A stretch of DNA of 64,000 bases from Roseovarius sp. (GTDB lineage Bacteria > Pseudomonadota > Alphaproteobacteria > Rhodobacterales > Rhodobacteraceae). The notes below the pieces were generated by a model that saw only the letters and a list, made by a program, of their open reading frames with translations, was not told where the DNA came from and did no database searches. The number at the start of each line of letters is the position of its first letter. Position 1 is the first letter of the stretch. The DNA is taken from positions 22,058-86,057 of the forward strand of contig JAWLFT010000002.1 in NCBI GenBank assembly GCA_041685435.1. Reading direction: 5' to 3'. The translations under genes and the position numbers were made by a program. Positions 61,113 through 64,000 of the stretch are shown piece after piece.

Positions 61113-61790
61113 TCACCGCCGGTAGCGCGCCGCAAGGCGTTGCGGATCGGCGCCACAAAGATAGCGCGCCAGCGTCCCCAGATTACGCGCCCCGCGCCGC
61201 AGCCATCCCGCGCGCGCGTAGCGATCCGCGGATGTGGTGACCGCCAGAGGCATCAATGCGATGCGCCCCTTGAGCGCGCGCGCCAGTGCCACATCCTCCA
61301 TCAGCGGAATGTCCGGATAGCCGCCTGCCGCCTCGTAGACATCCTTGGGGATCAGCAGACCCTGATCGCCATACGGCAGACCGAACACACGGCTGCGCAG
61401 ATTGGCCCAGCCCGCCACCAGCGCCGGCATCACGCCCGCTGCATCGAACGACAGCCGGAACGCGGCCGGCCCGCCCGCGCGCATCTGCGCCCGGGCCGCG
61501 CGGGGCCAGCCTTCGGGCAGCACGGTGTCGGCATGCAGCACCAGCAGCCATGCGCCCTGCGCCGCCTCTGCCCCGCGGCGCAACTGCCCGCCGCGCGACG
61601 CCGGCCCCGTCACGACCTGCGCCCCCGCCGCATCGGCGATGGCCTGCGTTGCATCGACCGAGCCGCCATCGCTGACAATCACCTCGCGGATCATTCCGGC
61701 CTCCAGCCCCTCGCCAAGCGCCGCCAGACAGAGCGGCAGCGCGGATGCGGCTTGAAGCGTCGGGATGATGACGGAAAGCGGGGCGCGCAT
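61113..61790 (-). CDS. GT2 glycosyltransferase (TIGR04283-like)
   Basis: SVIIPTL, DGGSVDAT, RGGQL, LHADT, PYGDQGL, PLMEDV and TSADRY motifs. Confidence 0.88.
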   Translation of the reverse strand: MRAPLSVIIPTLQAASALPLCLAALGEGLEAGMIREVIVSDGGSVDATQAIADAAGAQVVTGPASRGGQLRRGAEAAQGAWLLVLHADTVLPEGWPRAARAQMRAGGPAAFRLSFDAAGVMPALVAGWANLRSRVFGLPYGDQGLLIPKDVYEAAGGYPDIPLMEDVALARALKGRIALMPLAVTTSADRYARAGWLRRGARNLGTLARYLCGADPQRLAARYRR

Positions 61791-61853
61791 GACAAGCCCT
61801 TTCGTGTGCCTCGGCGGGTGCTATATCTGGCAGGCAAGCAAAAGGAAACGATC

Positions 61854-62585
61854 ATGGCACGCAGGATATTCGAGATCACCGGCACCGAGGCGGAGCAGTT
61901 CCTGCAAGGGCTGGTGACCAACGATCTGGCCAGGCTGGATGACGGGCTCGTCTATACCGCGATGCTGACGCCGCAGGGCAAGTATCTGGCGGATTTCTTT
62001 CTGCTCCGGAGCGGTGACGCGATCCTGCTGGATGTCGATGACAGCCTTGCGGACGCATTGGTGAAGCGCCTGTCGATTTACAAGCTGCGCGCGGATGTGA
62101 CGATCACCGAGACCGACCTGCAGGTTTACCGCGGCACCGGGGACATGCCCGAGGGCGGCCTGCCCGATCCGCGCCACCCCGATATGGGATGGCGGCGTTA
62201 CGGGGCCGAGGGTGGCGATGACGGCACCGATTTCGACGCGATCCGCGTGGCCCATTGCATCCCGGAGACCGGCATCGAACTGACCCCCGACACGCTGATC
62301 CTCGAGGTCGGGCTGGAACGGCTGAACGGCGTCGATTTCCGCAAGGGATGCTATGTCGGTCAGGAAGTGACCGCGCGCATGAAACACAAGACGGAACTGC
62401 GCAAGGGGCTGACCGTGGTGGCGGTCGAGGGCCACGCCCCCGTGGGCTGCGAGATCGAGACGCCTGAGGGCAAACCGGCGGGCAGGCTCTACACCCAATC
62501 GGGCGGGCGCGGCATCGCCTATATGCGCTTTGACCGGGCCAGGCCGGGCATGACAGCGGGCGAGGCGCGCGTCGATCCGGTCTGA
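61854..62585 (+). CDS. ygfZ: Folate-binding Fe-S repair protein YgfZ
   Basis: FLQGLVTND, LTPQGK and KGCYVGQEVTAR motifs; AAGGA RBS. Confidence 0.95.
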   Translation: MARRIFEITGTEAEQFLQGLVTNDLARLDDGLVYTAMLTPQGKYLADFFLLRSGDAILLDVDDSLADALVKRLSIYKLRADVTITETDLQVYRGTGDMPEGGLPDPRHPDMGWRRYGAEGGDDGTDFDAIRVAHCIPETGIELTPDTLILEVGLERLNGVDFRKGCYVGQEVTARMKHKTELRKGLTVVAVEGHAPVGCEIETPEGKPAGRLYTQSGGRGIAYMRFDRARPGMTAGEARVDPV

Positions 62586-62780
62586 CATCCGGCACGCAGC
62601 ACGCCCCCGCCCCCGGCGCCATTAACCATCCGATGCTTTTTGCGACGGGCATTTACCGTCTGGTGATTCTCCCCTGCTACCTATGCCTCACGGATCATAC
62701 CGCTGCCGCGCATGGTATCCCACGCCGGCAGATGGGCTGATCCGCAATGTCAGGTTTCCCTACGGCAGGATCGCAGCCCC

Positions 62781-63878
62781 ATGTCGAATTACAGCGTCTG
62801 GATGCTCGAGCAAAGCCATGTCACGATCAGCGGCGGGAAATCCCTTGACGGGATCACCCAAGGGGACGGCACGCATCTTGTCGGGGAAACCCTGCGCCTC
62901 GACAGCAATGACTGGCATCAGACCTTCCTCCGCGACAACACCTCGGACACCACATTCGACGACAACGATGGCAATCAGAGGCTGGACGGCACCCAGACGA
63001 TCGGCGGGAACAGCCACCCGGACGGCACCCGGATCGAGGCCGAATACCGGCTGATCGTCTGCGACCCGGATGGCAACACCTATGACGTCCTTGGCTATAA
63101 TGTGAACGAGTCCGGGCAATCGCCCAGCTATGGCACGGTGGAAGGACTGACCTTTGTCGGCGGGTTTCCCCCCATCGGTGTCGATCTGGAGGTCATCGAG
63201 GCGTTCGAGGGACCGGGCGACTTCGGTCAGGCGGCGATCGACGTCAGCGAGCTTGCGGCGCCGCCATGTTTCACGCCCGGCACGCAGATCCTGACGGATC
63301 GTGGCTATGTCCCGGTCGAGGATCTGAAGGTCGGCGATGGCGTGCGCACCCGCGACGCCGGGGTCCAGCGGCTCTGTTGGGTGGGCGAGGTGGCCTTGTC
63401 GCGCGCCGATCTGCAGTCCCGCCCCGAATTTCAGCCGGTGCTCATCCGGGCGAATGCCCTGGGCGATGGCCGCCCGGTGCGTGACATGCTGGTGTCGCCG
63501 CAGCATCGCATCCTCGTGCGTAACTGGAGGGCGGAAGTGCATTTCGGCATCCCGGAGGTCCTGATCGCGGCACAGCACCTGATCAACGATGACACGATCA
63601 CGCGAGTGTCACGGCAAAACGGGGTCCGCTATCTGCACATCATGTGCGACGCGCATCATATCATCTGGGCCGACGGTCTGGAGACCGAGACGTTTCTGCC
63701 CGGCCCGCAATCGCTTGACGCGATATCACAGGCGACGCGGGACGAACTCCTGGCGCTATTTCCGGATCTGGAAAACTGCAACCGGCCGGTCCTCGATCCT
63801 GCGCGCCCCATGCTGCGCGCATGGGAGGCACGGATGATGATGTCCAAGGATCCGTTGCGACCGCGCGCCAACAGCTGA
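62781..63878 (+). CDS. Hint-domain (bacterial intein-like, B-type) protein
   Basis: PCFTPGTQILT.RG.VPVEDLKVGD.V.TRD.G, LVSPQHRIL and YLHIMCDAHHIIWADGLETETF motifs. Confidence 0.9.
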   Translation: MSNYSVWMLEQSHVTISGGKSLDGITQGDGTHLVGETLRLDSNDWHQTFLRDNTSDTTFDDNDGNQRLDGTQTIGGNSHPDGTRIEAEYRLIVCDPDGNTYDVLGYNVNESGQSPSYGTVEGLTFVGGFPPIGVDLEVIEAFEGPGDFGQAAIDVSELAAPPCFTPGTQILTDRGYVPVEDLKVGDGVRTRDAGVQRLCWVGEVALSRADLQSRPEFQPVLIRANALGDGRPVRDMLVSPQHRILVRNWRAEVHFGIPEVLIAAQHLINDDTITRVSRQNGVRYLHIMCDAHHIIWADGLETETFLPGPQSLDAISQATRDELLALFPDLENCNRPVLDPARPMLRAWEARMMMSKDPLRPRANS

Positions 63879-63889
63879 TCGGGCCACGG

Positions 63890-64000
63890 TCAGGCGCGTT
63901 CGGCATATTCCATCGTTTCGGTACTGACCACGATATCCTCGTCCTGACCCACGAAAGGCGGCACCATCACCTTGACCCCGTTATCCAGGATGGCCGGCTT
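63890..64000 (-). CDS. efp: Elongation factor P (3' end only)
   Basis: Manual translation gives [36 protein letters not shown]. Confidence 0.93.
   Translation of the reverse strand, partial: KPAILDNGVKVMVPPFVGQDEDIVVSTETMEYAERA

Overview
High-GC chromosomal segment of a Rhodobacteraceae/Roseobacter-group alphaproteobacterium (inferred from gene content and order). It is almost entirely core genome: nuoA-B-C'; a leucine/isovalerate catabolism (liu) cluster split by an opposite-strand ompW; a stand-alone BLUF protein; serS; glycerate kinase; the chvI-chvG-hprK-rapZ-EIIA-HPr cluster facing pckA; cspA; riboflavin synthase; kpsS-wza-kpsC; fabD-fabG-acpP-(HisA-like)-fabF-mltG; crcB-rluC-HAD-ATP12; the bzt/aap amino-acid ABC transporter; znuA/zur-znuCB; an orphan Fe(III) binding protein; gcvT-H-P under a tandem glycine riboswitch; an Rrf2 regulator; gltX; ygfZ; a Hint-domain protein; and the 3' end of efp. 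I saw no tRNA, rRNA, CRISPR array, transposase, integrase or prophage gene, and no clearly new multi-gene system. The best leads are (i) a ~200-nt nested fold-back right after serS whose G-U pairs all favour the + strand RNA, (ii) a HisA paralog with altered catalytic and phosphate-binding motifs inside the fab cluster, (iii) an FNR-box-driven ompW lying antisense within the liu cluster, (iv) a dispersed ~23-bp intergenic repeat, and (v) several clear operator sites (FNR x2, Zur x2, iron-box-like x2, and a palindrome on the ivd promoter). Start codons were refined by eye. All product calls rest on recognised motifs, not database searches.
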